From an uncultured Gammaproteobacteria bacterium (GTDB lineage: Bacteria; Patescibacteriota; Microgenomatia; UBA1406; HO2-37-13b): a DNA stretch of 64,000 nucleotides. Both the position numbers and the translations under genes were made by a program. Positions 18,255 to 26,720 of this stretch are shown piece by piece. The stretch lies in assembly GCA_964556475.1 (NCBI GenBank), contig CAZKVU010000002.1:12271-76270 (forward strand). The letters are read 5' to 3'. The notes beneath the pieces are model-generated. The model saw only the letters and a list, made by a program, of their open reading frames with translations. It was not told where the DNA came from and made no database searches. Within the stretch, counting starts at the first letter, position 1; the number at the start of each line of letters is the position of its first letter.

Positions 18255-19363
18255 AAGGATGCCTGATATATTCGTAATGTTTGTGTTGTCATCTTTCTGA
18301 ATGTAAATGTATGTGAAATATGGTTTATCGGTAAAAAGTAGTTTTGCATAGCTTTATTATCAAGCTGGGCGATAAATGAATTAATTGTATCTGCAATATC
18401 ATGCGCATTGTTTGGGTTAAATGGCGCGTAATGTTCGCCAAGAATTTCTTTAAAAATAGGAATCTCTGAGGCGATTATTGGGCATGAGAAGTATGATGCC
18501 TCAATGAGTGGAAGCCCAAAACCTTCATCAAGTGATGGATGAATAAGAGCAGCAGCATGTTTATAGAAATAACTGAAATCAGCCAAAGACGGGTTATGAT
18601 AGAAAATAACTCGACTTAGTTCTAGTTGTGATAGGTTTTCCCTTAATCGCTGTGCAAAATAATCTTTCGGCCCAACAAGGACAAGTGAATAGTTTTTATC
18701 GACCAGCTTAAAAGCCTCAATAAGCTTTTCTACATTTTTATGAGGGTAGAAGTTACCAACGTAGATAAAAAAAGGGTGTGGAATTTTATCCCTAAGATCT
18801 TGATTTTCCTGCACATTGAGCAGTTCTTCATTAAATCCTTCATATGTCACCTGGATTTTGGATTTTATGGACGGTCCAAAATATTTGACTATCGAATTTT
18901 TGACCGTTTCTGATGGTGTAATGATTGTGCGTGAATTTTGAATTCCTGATTTTAATGCAAGTTTATAGCCGAATTGCTTCATATTGTAAAGAAAAGGATT
19001 AAGTGTTGATGCGCGACCGGTTGAATGAGTAAGTGGAATTAAGTCATGAATCGTGATAACAAAATTTCTTTTATAGAGGATCGGATAGCTGAAATAGGTG
19101 AAATGCATAAGGTCGAGGTTATCCTTGGTGAGCTGGTTCAAAAATTTATACTGCTCGTCAAATGAATGCCAGTGATAATCGGCAATCCTCTTAACAAAGA
19201 GCTTATTTTGAAATTGAATTTTTTTAGCATCTTCCCTTCTCAAGTACACATAAACCTGGAACTGGAAAATCATATTCTCAAGATTCTTGAGCAGATTGCG
19301 AGTGTAGACGCCAACGCCAGTTTGGTTAATGAGGCGGGCATCAATTCCGATTCTCGTCATCAT
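18251..19363 (-). CDS. Glycosyltransferase, GT4 family
   Basis: EGFGLPLIEASYFSCPIIAS motif. Confidence 0.8.
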   Translation of the reverse strand: MMTRIGIDARLINQTGVGVYTRNLLKNLENMIFQFQVYVYLRREDAKKIQFQNKLFVKRIADYHWHSFDEQYKFLNQLTKDNLDLMHFTYFSYPILYKRNFVITIHDLIPLTHSTGRASTLNPFLYNMKQFGYKLALKSGIQNSRTIITPSETVKNSIVKYFGPSIKSKIQVTYEGFNEELLNVQENQDLRDKIPHPFFIYVGNFYPHKNVEKLIEAFKLVDKNYSLVLVGPKDYFAQRLRENLSQLELSRVIFYHNPSLADFSYFYKHAAALIHPSLDEGFGLPLIEASYFSCPIIASEIPIFKEILGEHYAPFNPNNAHDIADTINSFIAQLDNKAMQNYFLPINHISHTFTFRKMTTQTLRIYQASL

Positions 19364-20241
19364 AATTTTGATTTGAGATCAATACCCGCATAGACGAGTG
19401 AATTGATAAAAGATGGATGGTGAGGGGCATAATGAGTTCGATAAAAAATTTTCATTGCTTCATAAAAATGTTTCTTTGTAAGTGAGCGCTGTTCAGTATT
19501 GTTGTTTTTTTTAAGTCCGCTTTGACTTTTATGATGGATCACTGTGAACAGTGGGTAATATATGATTTTGTACCCTTTCTGCTTGATGCGGTAGGATAAA
19601 TCAACGTCTTCCCCGTACATGAAGTATGTTTCATCAAATCCGTTGATTTCATCAAGAATTTTTTTGCGAGTGAGATAAAATGCAGCAGCTGGTGAATCGA
19701 TTTCGTGAATAGTATTAAGGTTAAGATGTGTAAGGTGATAGCCTCCAAAGACTCTTGAGAGCAGAGGAATACGGGAAAACAGTACCTCAAGTTTTGTGAA
19801 ATAACATATTGATCGCCAGATTGTGGGAAATCCTCGGTGCGAGGCAGGATCAATATTACCCGATGGCATTTCAACACGAACCGTTAATGCGCCAACATCC
19901 AAGTTATTCCTCATGAAGTTGACGAGTTCATCGAAATTGACATTATCTGCAAAAGCGTCAGAATTCAGGAGAAGTATATATTCTCCTTGTGCCGTTCGAA
20001 TCCCAATATTGTTTGCTGCACCAAAGCCAATGTTTTTTTGGTTTTGGATAATACGGATAGTGTTCTTCCCGTCAGATAATTGGCAGAGCATGTCAAAAGA
20101 ACCATCGGATGAGTTGTTATCAACCACAATTATTTCATAGGTGATTGATGGGCTTTTCTGAAGGGCTGTTTCAACTGCAGTGAGCGATTTTTGAGTGAGC
20201 TCCTTGGTGTTGAATGAAATAATAATAATGGACAGCGTCAT
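19360..20241 (-). CDS. Glycosyltransferase, GT2 family
   Basis: IIIISFNTKELT...VVDNNSSDGS N-terminal GT-A signature. Confidence 0.8.
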   Translation of the reverse strand: MTLSIIIISFNTKELTQKSLTAVETALQKSPSITYEIIVVDNNSSDGSFDMLCQLSDGKNTIRIIQNQKNIGFGAANNIGIRTAQGEYILLLNSDAFADNVNFDELVNFMRNNLDVGALTVRVEMPSGNIDPASHRGFPTIWRSICYFTKLEVLFSRIPLLSRVFGGYHLTHLNLNTIHEIDSPAAAFYLTRKKILDEINGFDETYFMYGEDVDLSYRIKQKGYKIIYYPLFTVIHHKSQSGLKKNNNTEQRSLTKKHFYEAMKIFYRTHYAPHHPSFINSLVYAGIDLKSKL

Positions 20242-20249
20242 ATTGTTTG

Positions 20250-20258
20250 ATTATATCA
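20250..20258 (-). promoter_or_regulatory. Extended -10 (TGATATAAT) 8 nt upstream of the GT2 ATG; head of the 20241-to-16069 operon
   Basis: Reverse complement of 20250-20258 reads TGATATAAT. No SD. Confidence 0.5.
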
Positions 20259-20522
20259 GGATATGGAAATATACAAAGTGTGACCTCGTAATGTTGAAAT
20301 GAAAATGATGAGCTGATAGCTTCCGGTTGCCTTGTGGGCAAGCTGCCGCGATGGCAGTGGATGCTTGTCAGTCTTCACGTTCATCTGTGACCAACGTTAC
20401 GAGAGGTGGATATGTGTGTTGCGAGTCGTCACTTGACTCAAGGAAGGAGGGGTGAGGGGTGCGAGAGGTTGGGTTGGGTAGGGAATGGTCACCGAATGCG
20501 CACGGTCAGGCGAAGACGGGCG

Positions 20523-21161
20523 TTAGCCCATTTCGCAGTCGCCCTTCGTGTAGAGACGCGGCTGGATCGGCGAACCGTCCGGGTTGACAGTGGCGTAGGG
20601 AACGGCCCGGCAAAGGGTTACACCCCCGCTGGAATTGACCACACCGCTGAGGTCTAGGGTTGGCTCGCTGAGCCAGCCCTCGAGCAGGTTGCCCGGGTCG
20701 TTGAGCTGGATCGTGCCGCCCTCGGTGGGAAGGTAGTAGTGGCTGTTCGTGACGTTGACGGGACCGAGGTAGTTGAACGGGTACTGCACCACCGGAAATG
20801 GCGGAGGGCCGTTGCCCGGGATGTTGGGGTTGACATAGATGCCGGGTGGGGGGTTGGACCCCTCGAACGGCACCTCCGGGAGGGGCATGGGCTCGTAGTG
20901 GTCCGGGTTGAACCACGTGGGAATGGGCTGCGGGTTGAGGTGTGGGCTGAACGGCCCGGCTCCTGGCTGGAAGAGTCCCCTTGGCTGCACGGGGGCAGCC
21001 GGGACCTCGACCGGAGGCGGTGCGATCGGCGTTGCCGGCTGTGCCGGTGGCGGGGTCGCGGTGACCACCACGATCTGCGGCGGTCCGGCGCAGCCGAACA
21101 GCGTCGCTGCGAGCGCCCCCATCAGCAGTAGGAACATCACTCGAACTGTCAGTCGTCGCAT
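20523..21161 (-). CDS. Proline-rich lipoprotein of unknown function, encoded in high-GC DNA
   Basis: Signal peptide plus lipobox (MRRLTVRVMFLLLMGALAATLFGC). Third codon positions are almost all G/C in this frame. GAGGAG (rc of 21168-21173) lies 6 nt upstream of the ATG. Confidence 0.7.
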   Translation of the reverse strand: MRRLTVRVMFLLLMGALAATLFGCAGPPQIVVVTATPPPAQPATPIAPPPVEVPAAPVQPRGLFQPGAGPFSPHLNPQPIPTWFNPDHYEPMPLPEVPFEGSNPPPGIYVNPNIPGNGPPPFPVVQYPFNYLGPVNVTNSHYYLPTEGGTIQLNDPGNLLEGWLSEPTLDLSGVVNSSGGVTLCRAVPYATVNPDGSPIQPRLYTKGDCEMG

Positions 21162-21216
21162 GGGATTCTCCTCAGGATCAGTGGGTTGGCGTTGTTCTTG
21201 CGCTACTTCAACTTCG

Positions 21217-21261
21217 TTCTTTCCTCTTCTTTCTCTCTTCTCTCTTTCTCCTTTCTTTTCT
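21217..21261. repeat. 45-nt uninterrupted polypyrimidine (plus strand) tract containing a 22-nt perfect mirror repeat (21228-21249)
   Basis: Direct reading. The mirror centre falls between 21238 and 21239. Confidence 0.85.
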
Positions 21262-21279
21262 GCGTTGATACACGCATAT

Positions 21280-21325
21280 AAGCTGAAAGCCTCTAATAAT
21301 AATAAATAATGAAGGTTTTCAGCTT
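21280..21325 (+). other. 13-bp stem-loop (one G-U pair on the plus-strand RNA) with a 20-nt A/T loop
   Basis: AAGCTGAAAGCCT (21280-21292) pairs with AGGTTTTCAGCTT (21313-21325). No flanking U-run on either strand. Confidence 0.6.
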
Positions 21326-21402
21326 AAAAGCATGTACCAACTAGAACATACACATATCCGAATTATCAATGTGCTCAAAAAGCGATATAATTATACTCGA
21401 AT

Positions 21403-22701
21403 ATGGTCAAAAAGTCAATACTATGGGTCATAATTTTGAGCTTAATTTCGCTTTCAGTTGTTTTTTTTAAGTTCAATCAAATTCCTCAGCATCTCGATTT
21501 TGATGAGGTTGAATTTGCCCGACTAGCTCTCTCATTATTCAAAACACCGGTAACTATCTATTCTCCGTACGCTACGGGACACGCAACACCATATTTTTAC
21601 CTCATATTGAGCTCGTTTTTGTTATTTGATGTCACATCCTTCGCTTTAAGACTACCTGCTGCCATCTTCGGTGCATTATGTCCAATTGTTCTCTATTACA
21701 TCGGCTTTGAGCTTAAAAAGCCCCTTTTCCAGTATAAAGAGAGCTCTAACATTCATATTAATTCGCTTATTTCTCCTCAATTTTTCGCATTTATACTAGG
21801 ATTACTTCTTATTACCCAAAGTTGGTATTTTAATTTTGCCCGATTTGCATTCGAGGCAACATTTATGCTTTTTCTTGAGCTTATTTCAGTGTATTTTCTT
21901 GTACGTTTTATCAATAAACCCACTATTCAGGATGTTCTGGGCTTAGCGCTTTTTGCTGCTCTCGCATACAATTCATATATTCCTGGTCGACTGTTTTTTG
22001 TTTTGCCGTTACTTTTCATCATTCTACAGGCAAGACGTACTGGATTATGGAATCATCTGCTTATTTTTATCATAACTTTTGTTGTTTTTACTGCCCCACT
22101 TAACTTGCATCTCATGAGTCATGGGGACTCCCGAGTTTCATCACAGTCTTATCTGAACAATGCCGAATTAAGCATTACTGAGAAGGCGCAATTTTTTGCT
22201 TCAAATGTAGTTTCATCTCAAACAATGCTTTTCTATCCGGGGAAAGGGGATAACCACGGCACGCATAATTATCCATATAAAAACGCGCTCAACCCGATTA
22301 TGTATATACTTTTTTTTGGAGGACTTATTATCGCTTTATTAAAATTCAGAACCAATACAATCATCCAGCTTTTTTTTGCATATTATCTTATCTCAATAAT
22401 ACCTACATTACTAACGTATCCCTGGGAAAATCCAAATATGCTTCGTATGTATTCAGCGCTTGTTCCTATTGTATTTTTTAGCAGCTTGAGTATTTTGTGG
22501 GTAATGAATTATACAAATCAAAAAATAGATAAAAAATATGCCATTATCCTCGCTTTTATTATAATTAGCTTGTCTGCAGCATACGAATTTCGATCGTATT
22601 ATATGTTTCATGTGCAGGTATTTAATCAGGCCTTCGAAATGATCAACATATTTATTGATATGGATCCAGATCGCCTTAAGATTTTTTACCTGAACCAGTG
22701 A
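21403..22701 (+). CDS. Polytopic membrane glycosyltransferase, GT-C type (ArnT/PMT-like)
   Basis: 432 aa with many TM segments and the N-terminal loop motif LDFDEVEFARLALSL. TATAAT at 21386-21391 lies 11 nt upstream. Confidence 0.55.
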   Translation: MVKKSILWVIILSLISLSVVFFKFNQIPQHLDFDEVEFARLALSLFKTPVTIYSPYATGHATPYFYLILSSFLLFDVTSFALRLPAAIFGALCPIVLYYIGFELKKPLFQYKESSNIHINSLISPQFFAFILGLLLITQSWYFNFARFAFEATFMLFLELISVYFLVRFINKPTIQDVLGLALFAALAYNSYIPGRLFFVLPLLFIILQARRTGLWNHLLIFIITFVVFTAPLNLHLMSHGDSRVSSQSYLNNAELSITEKAQFFASNVVSSQTMLFYPGKGDNHGTHNYPYKNALNPIMYILFFGGLIIALLKFRTNTIIQLFFAYYLISIIPTLLTYPWENPNMLRMYSALVPIVFFSSLSILWVMNYTNQKIDKKYAIILAFIIISLSAAYEFRSYYMFHVQVFNQAFEMINIFIDMDPDRLKIFYLNQ

Positions 22702-23279
22702 GCGCGGCCAATTTTGTATGAATATTCAGTAAGATCCCTTTTTTTTATTTCTTTAGCGGGCACACCGCCAACAACAGATCCTGGAGCGACATTTTTAGTG
22801 ACAACTGCACCCGCAGCAACAATGGCGCCTTTCCCAATTGTAACACCAGGCATAATAATAGCTCGCGGGCCAATAAATACATAATCCTCAATCACAACAG
22901 GCTCAGTATGATGTGCGAAGTGAGGGTGATTTATATCGTGTTCTGCATTGTAAATCATTACTTCAGAGGCAAGAGCAACATGATTACCGATAACAAGTTT
23001 GTCACGACCATCTAAAACTGAACGCTCTCCAATGACAGTATCACTTCCAATTGTGATATTCGCTGGATTATAAAATCGAGCATGCATATGTATGGAAGTT
23101 CCTGCTCCAATTTTCAGCCCTCCGAGGCGATACATAAATCTACGAACATGATGAAAGGGAACGCCTCCGCTTACGTGTAGTATAAAAACAGCTGACTCCG
23201 AAATTATTGCCCTACACCTGTTGATAGATTTACCCACGATTTCTTTTAAAGTGAGTTGTTTTCCAGTTTTATCTTTCAT
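22686..23279 (-). CDS. Hexapeptide-repeat (left-handed beta-helix) acetyltransferase
   Basis: Repeated [LIV]-G-x4 hexapeptides, e.g. IGPRAIIMPGVTIGKGAIVAAGAVVTKNV. Confidence 0.8.
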   Translation of the reverse strand: MKDKTGKQLTLKEIVGKSINRCRAIISESAVFILHVSGGVPFHHVRRFMYRLGGLKIGAGTSIHMHARFYNPANITIGSDTVIGERSVLDGRDKLVIGNHVALASEVMIYNAEHDINHPHFAHHTEPVVIEDYVFIGPRAIIMPGVTIGKGAIVAAGAVVTKNVAPGSVVGGVPAKEIKKRDLTEYSYKIGRAHWFR

Positions 23280-23285
23280 GATATA

Positions 23286-24362
23286 TTATGTACTTTTGAG
23301 CGCATTTAACGTTTCACGTGCGCATTTTTCCCAGCTGAATTGTTTGACTCGTTCAAAGCCTTTCTGTTTCATGCGATCAGCTCGAGCGGGATCTTTCAGT
23401 ATCTTAATTATAGAATCCCTTAGTTTCATTGTATCATGTGGGTCAAAATACTCACAGGCATCGCCGCCGATTTCTTCAAGACTGGAGCCTTGTGCAGCGA
23501 GCACAGGTGCTCCATAGTGCATTGCCTCAAGTATGGTAATGCCAAATCCTTCGTACAATGAAGGAAGAACGAAAAGTGAGGCATCTGCATAGAGCTGGGC
23601 AAGTTTGCTATCATCAACATAGTCAGTAAATTCAACAGAATCTCCAATATTATGTTTCTGAACGAGTAGAAATAAGTCCTCATACATCCAGCCTTTTTTG
23701 CCAGCAATAACGAGTTTCATATGAGGCATCTGCTTTACGATATCTGCAAAGCTGTTAATAAGCGTTTTTATGTTTTTGCGAGGCTGGAGCGTTCCAACGT
23801 AGAGGATGTAGTTTTTGAGACTGCTATGCATTTTTTTTGCTTCTGTAGCGTTATAGCCATTATAAATGGTGACGATTTTGCCTGGTGTAACATGATATTT
23901 CTTCATAATATCGTTTCTTGTAAAGTTAGAAACGGCGATTATTTTCTTAGATTGATGCAAGGCATGTGCAGTCCAATTTTGAAGTTTATATAAATCTTTG
24001 CTCAAAAATTCATGCGGGTAATACAAATATGACACATCATGAATTGTCACGACTATCGGGATCGATGTAAAAAGAGGAGTATAGTGAGCTGGTGAAAAGA
24101 ATATATCAGGCTTATTTCTGATCTTTAGTAAATGCATCGGAAGAAAAATATCCCGCCACAGCATTTTTCCAGGTACATGTGTATAGGTGAAGTATTTATT
24201 CTCGCGAGGCATATGTTTGAGAGGTTTGTTTCGAAGGATAACTGAAAATTTTAAGTCCTCCGCTGCCCACGTCGAAAAATAGGTGAGCAGTTGATGTGTG
24301 TACATTGATACACCTACCCTCTCTTGAACATTTGCTTCGTTGCCATCAATCGCAATATGCAT
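23286..24362 (-). CDS. Glycosyltransferase, GT4 family
   Basis: YEGFGITILEAMHYGAPVLA motif. Confidence 0.8.
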   Translation of the reverse strand: MHIAIDGNEANVQERVGVSMYTHQLLTYFSTWAAEDLKFSVILRNKPLKHMPRENKYFTYTHVPGKMLWRDIFLPMHLLKIRNKPDIFFSPAHYTPLFTSIPIVVTIHDVSYLYYPHEFLSKDLYKLQNWTAHALHQSKKIIAVSNFTRNDIMKKYHVTPGKIVTIYNGYNATEAKKMHSSLKNYILYVGTLQPRKNIKTLINSFADIVKQMPHMKLVIAGKKGWMYEDLFLLVQKHNIGDSVEFTDYVDDSKLAQLYADASLFVLPSLYEGFGITILEAMHYGAPVLAAQGSSLEEIGGDACEYFDPHDTMKLRDSIIKILKDPARADRMKQKGFERVKQFSWEKCARETLNALKST

Positions 24363-24382
24363 ACTAACTATAGTATAGATGA

Positions 24383-25519
24383 TTAAGCTGAAAGAACAGA
24401 AAGTAAGTTATGTACAAACGATTTTTTTGAAAAATGAGCGGCACGGGATAAACCTTTTTGTATTAATTCCTGACGCAGTTGAGGATTATTATGTACTATT
24501 TTGATAGCGTTTGATATAGAATCAATATTTTTAGGATCAAATAGGAAAGCACCATCACCTGCAATTTCCTGTAAAGAGGAAATATTTGACGTTGCAACAG
24601 GACAGCCGAGAGCCATGGCTTCGATAATTGGGTACCCAAACCCTTCGTAAAGCGAGGGATATATAAAAAATTCTGCACCCGCATATAAGCTATACAAGTC
24701 CTCATCACTTACAAAACCAAGAAAGGATATGTTTTCATGTGCTTCTTGATCATGTTCCATATTACCCCAACCAGACGGCCCAACAATGACCAGTTGAGCA
24801 TCGTTAATAGTACTTTGTTCGAAGGCCTTAATAAGCTGTGGGATATTTTTTCGTGGTTCGAGTTTACCAACGGAAAGAATATACGGTTTTTTTATGTTAA
24901 ATTTCTTGTGGACAGCTGCAATATCACTCTCAGACGGCTTTGCAACCTCGACATACGGGTAAACAACTGAAATTTTTTCGGCAGGAATATTAAGGTATTC
25001 CTGAATGTCAGCTTTCGTCTGGTGTGAGTCAACAATAATATGATCGCATTCCCTCTGTACCCAATTCATTCGTTTTTTTTGTGTAGAAACAATGTTAGCC
25101 GAAATACCGCCATTTTTCATAGAAAGTGATGTCTTTTCAGTAAGTAGGTCAGGCCATTTGTATGCGATCATGTCGTGCACAATAGTGACTTTTTTTGCGT
25201 GTTTTGTTGGTGGTTGGGTCCAATCTGACGATATAAACACGTCGACATTTCCCATAAATACTTCAATCGGTAATTGATGGAGGTCATTCCATAAAAAACT
25301 AAGGAGGACTGGCGGTATAACAATTTCTTTAACTTTATGATTATTTGTTACGATAATATCTTCCAAGTATCTATCAAGTTGTTGTCGAAGTGAACTATAC
25401 AAAAAAGTATATGTATTTCTTTGATCGAGCTCAACAAGAGCCTGGACTAATTTTTCCGTATATCGTCCAACTCCTGAGCCTTTATATGCAGACTGAGAAA
25501 TATCAATTCCAATATTCAT
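24383..25519 (-). CDS. Glycosyltransferase, GT4 family
   Basis: YEGFGYPIIEAMALGCPVAT motif. Confidence 0.8.
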   Translation of the reverse strand: MNIGIDISQSAYKGSGVGRYTEKLVQALVELDQRNTYTFLYSSLRQQLDRYLEDIIVTNNHKVKEIVIPPVLLSFLWNDLHQLPIEVFMGNVDVFISSDWTQPPTKHAKKVTIVHDMIAYKWPDLLTEKTSLSMKNGGISANIVSTQKKRMNWVQRECDHIIVDSHQTKADIQEYLNIPAEKISVVYPYVEVAKPSESDIAAVHKKFNIKKPYILSVGKLEPRKNIPQLIKAFEQSTINDAQLVIVGPSGWGNMEHDQEAHENISFLGFVSDEDLYSLYAGAEFFIYPSLYEGFGYPIIEAMALGCPVATSNISSLQEIAGDGAFLFDPKNIDSISNAIKIVHNNPQLRQELIQKGLSRAAHFSKKSFVHNLLSVLSA

Positions 25520-26717
25520 GGTGTGTAATCATTTCTTTATACACTTTTTCGAGATTTTTCGAAACAGCTGCCCAGCTGTATGTTGTATCGATAAGCATGC
25601 GCGCATTTGATCGTATGGAATTAAAGATTTTCGTATTACTGAGCAGTTTGGTTGCTTCAATAGCGTAATCTTCAGGGTTTTTTGCAATAATCACGTGCTT
25701 GCCATTTTGTGCGTTCAGTCCTCTAACGCCTGTTGGTGAAGATATAACCGGAAGGCCGGCTGCCATAGCACCAAGAACTTTAAGCCGTGTGCCCCCTGGT
25801 CCTTCAATAGGAGCCAGGAAGATTGATGATTCTTTGTAAACCTGAATAACCTGCGAGATGTCCGAAGCAGCAATATCAACGATTTTAATGCCTTTAGAAT
25901 GCACTTTGCCTAATTTTTCCTGTGCACGTTGCCCAGCAATAATACATCGAGCTTCGGGTATTTGCTTGTGTATTAGTGGGAAAATGGTGTCTATGAGGAT
26001 TTCAGCAGCTTCAATATTTTGTAACCATGAAAAGTTTCCCTGATAGAGGAATACTGGCTGTGCATGGATTTGCTTATTCTTGTATACACTCAATAGATCT
26101 TCACCAGCTGCATTTGGAATGATAACTGTCCGAATTTTAGGCTGAAGCTCTTTCATTTTTGCTTCATCATCTTTGGAAACAGCTCCTACAACAGTCGCTC
26201 GCCGCCAAAATTCTTTTTCCCAATATTGAAGCTTCAGGATATCAAAATAGAAAAATGGACGAAGGATAGGGGATATTTTACTGACAAAATGCTGATACAC
26301 TTTATATTCAATCGTTTGTTCTACCAGCAGAATTGGGACAGAGGTAGAAGGTATGTGAGGCATAATATAAAACGTTTCAGCATGAATCAGGTCAAATTTT
26401 TCGCGTGATAATAGCTGCGAGATAATTCGTTTTGACTCGGGTGATGAATTCCTTTCAACAACAAATGGGAATAAACCAAATACACTTCTAAAAATATTTG
26501 AGAATGTCCACGGAGATTCGGACCGTTTGCACACATGAATTTCTTTGCAGAAAGGTGCAAGTTTTTGTATGTACGCCTTTTCTGAGTCATTTTTTATCAA
26601 AGAAACAAGAAAAATATCATGTTGCTGACTCAGATTTTTAATGAGATTATATGAGCGTACTTGGCCACCTGAAGACGGAGGGTACGGAAGATATGGCGTC
26701 AACATTAATATCTTCAT
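25503..26717 (-). CDS. Glycosyltransferase, GT4-like (GT-B fold)
   Basis: N-terminal MKILMLTPYLPYPPSSGGQVR and C-terminal GTRLKVLGAMAAGLPVIS. Confidence 0.7.
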   Translation of the reverse strand: MKILMLTPYLPYPPSSGGQVRSYNLIKNLSQQHDIFLVSLIKNDSEKAYIQKLAPFCKEIHVCKRSESPWTFSNIFRSVFGLFPFVVERNSSPESKRIISQLLSREKFDLIHAETFYIMPHIPSTSVPILLVEQTIEYKVYQHFVSKISPILRPFFYFDILKLQYWEKEFWRRATVVGAVSKDDEAKMKELQPKIRTVIIPNAAGEDLLSVYKNKQIHAQPVFLYQGNFSWLQNIEAAEILIDTIFPLIHKQIPEARCIIAGQRAQEKLGKVHSKGIKIVDIAASDISQVIQVYKESSIFLAPIEGPGGTRLKVLGAMAAGLPVISSPTGVRGLNAQNGKHVIIAKNPEDYAIEATKLLSNTKIFNSIRSNARMLIDTTYSWAAVSKNLEKVYKEMITHHEYWN

Positions 26718-26720
26718 GAC

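Larger units (their letters stand above)
20311..21292. other. Compositionally foreign high-GC block (core about 20320-21205) with flanking AGCTGAnAGCyT 12-mers
   Basis: G+C rises abruptly from about one third to about two thirds. AGCTGATAGCTT at 20311-20322 and AGCTGAAAGCCT at 21281-21292 bracket the block. No mobility gene is present. Confidence 0.85.

Noticed and set aside
20406-21309. Several long ORFs lie in other frames or strands of the high-GC block: 20406-20657 +, 20506-20916 -, 20654-20836 -, 20739-21131 +, 20908-21309 +.
   Set aside because: High-GC DNA is poor in stop codons in all frames. Only the 20523-21161 minus frame shows G/C-dominated third positions, a signal peptide/lipobox and an SD. 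The others give Arg/Gly/Ala-rich nonsense typical of off-frame translation.
21335-21344. The 10-mer GTACCAACTA upstream of the 21403 gene matches the end of the secA-upstream repeat unit (95-104).
   Set aside because: A single 10-nt match in an AT-rich 64-kb window is close to chance expectation, and no surrounding similarity extends it.
22686-22701. Convergent gene ends overlap by 16 bp here and by 23 bp at 63538-63560. This could signal mis-annotation or antisense regulation.
   Set aside because: Both partners of each pair have complete, motif-supported C-termini. Such overlaps fit the extreme compaction seen throughout the window.
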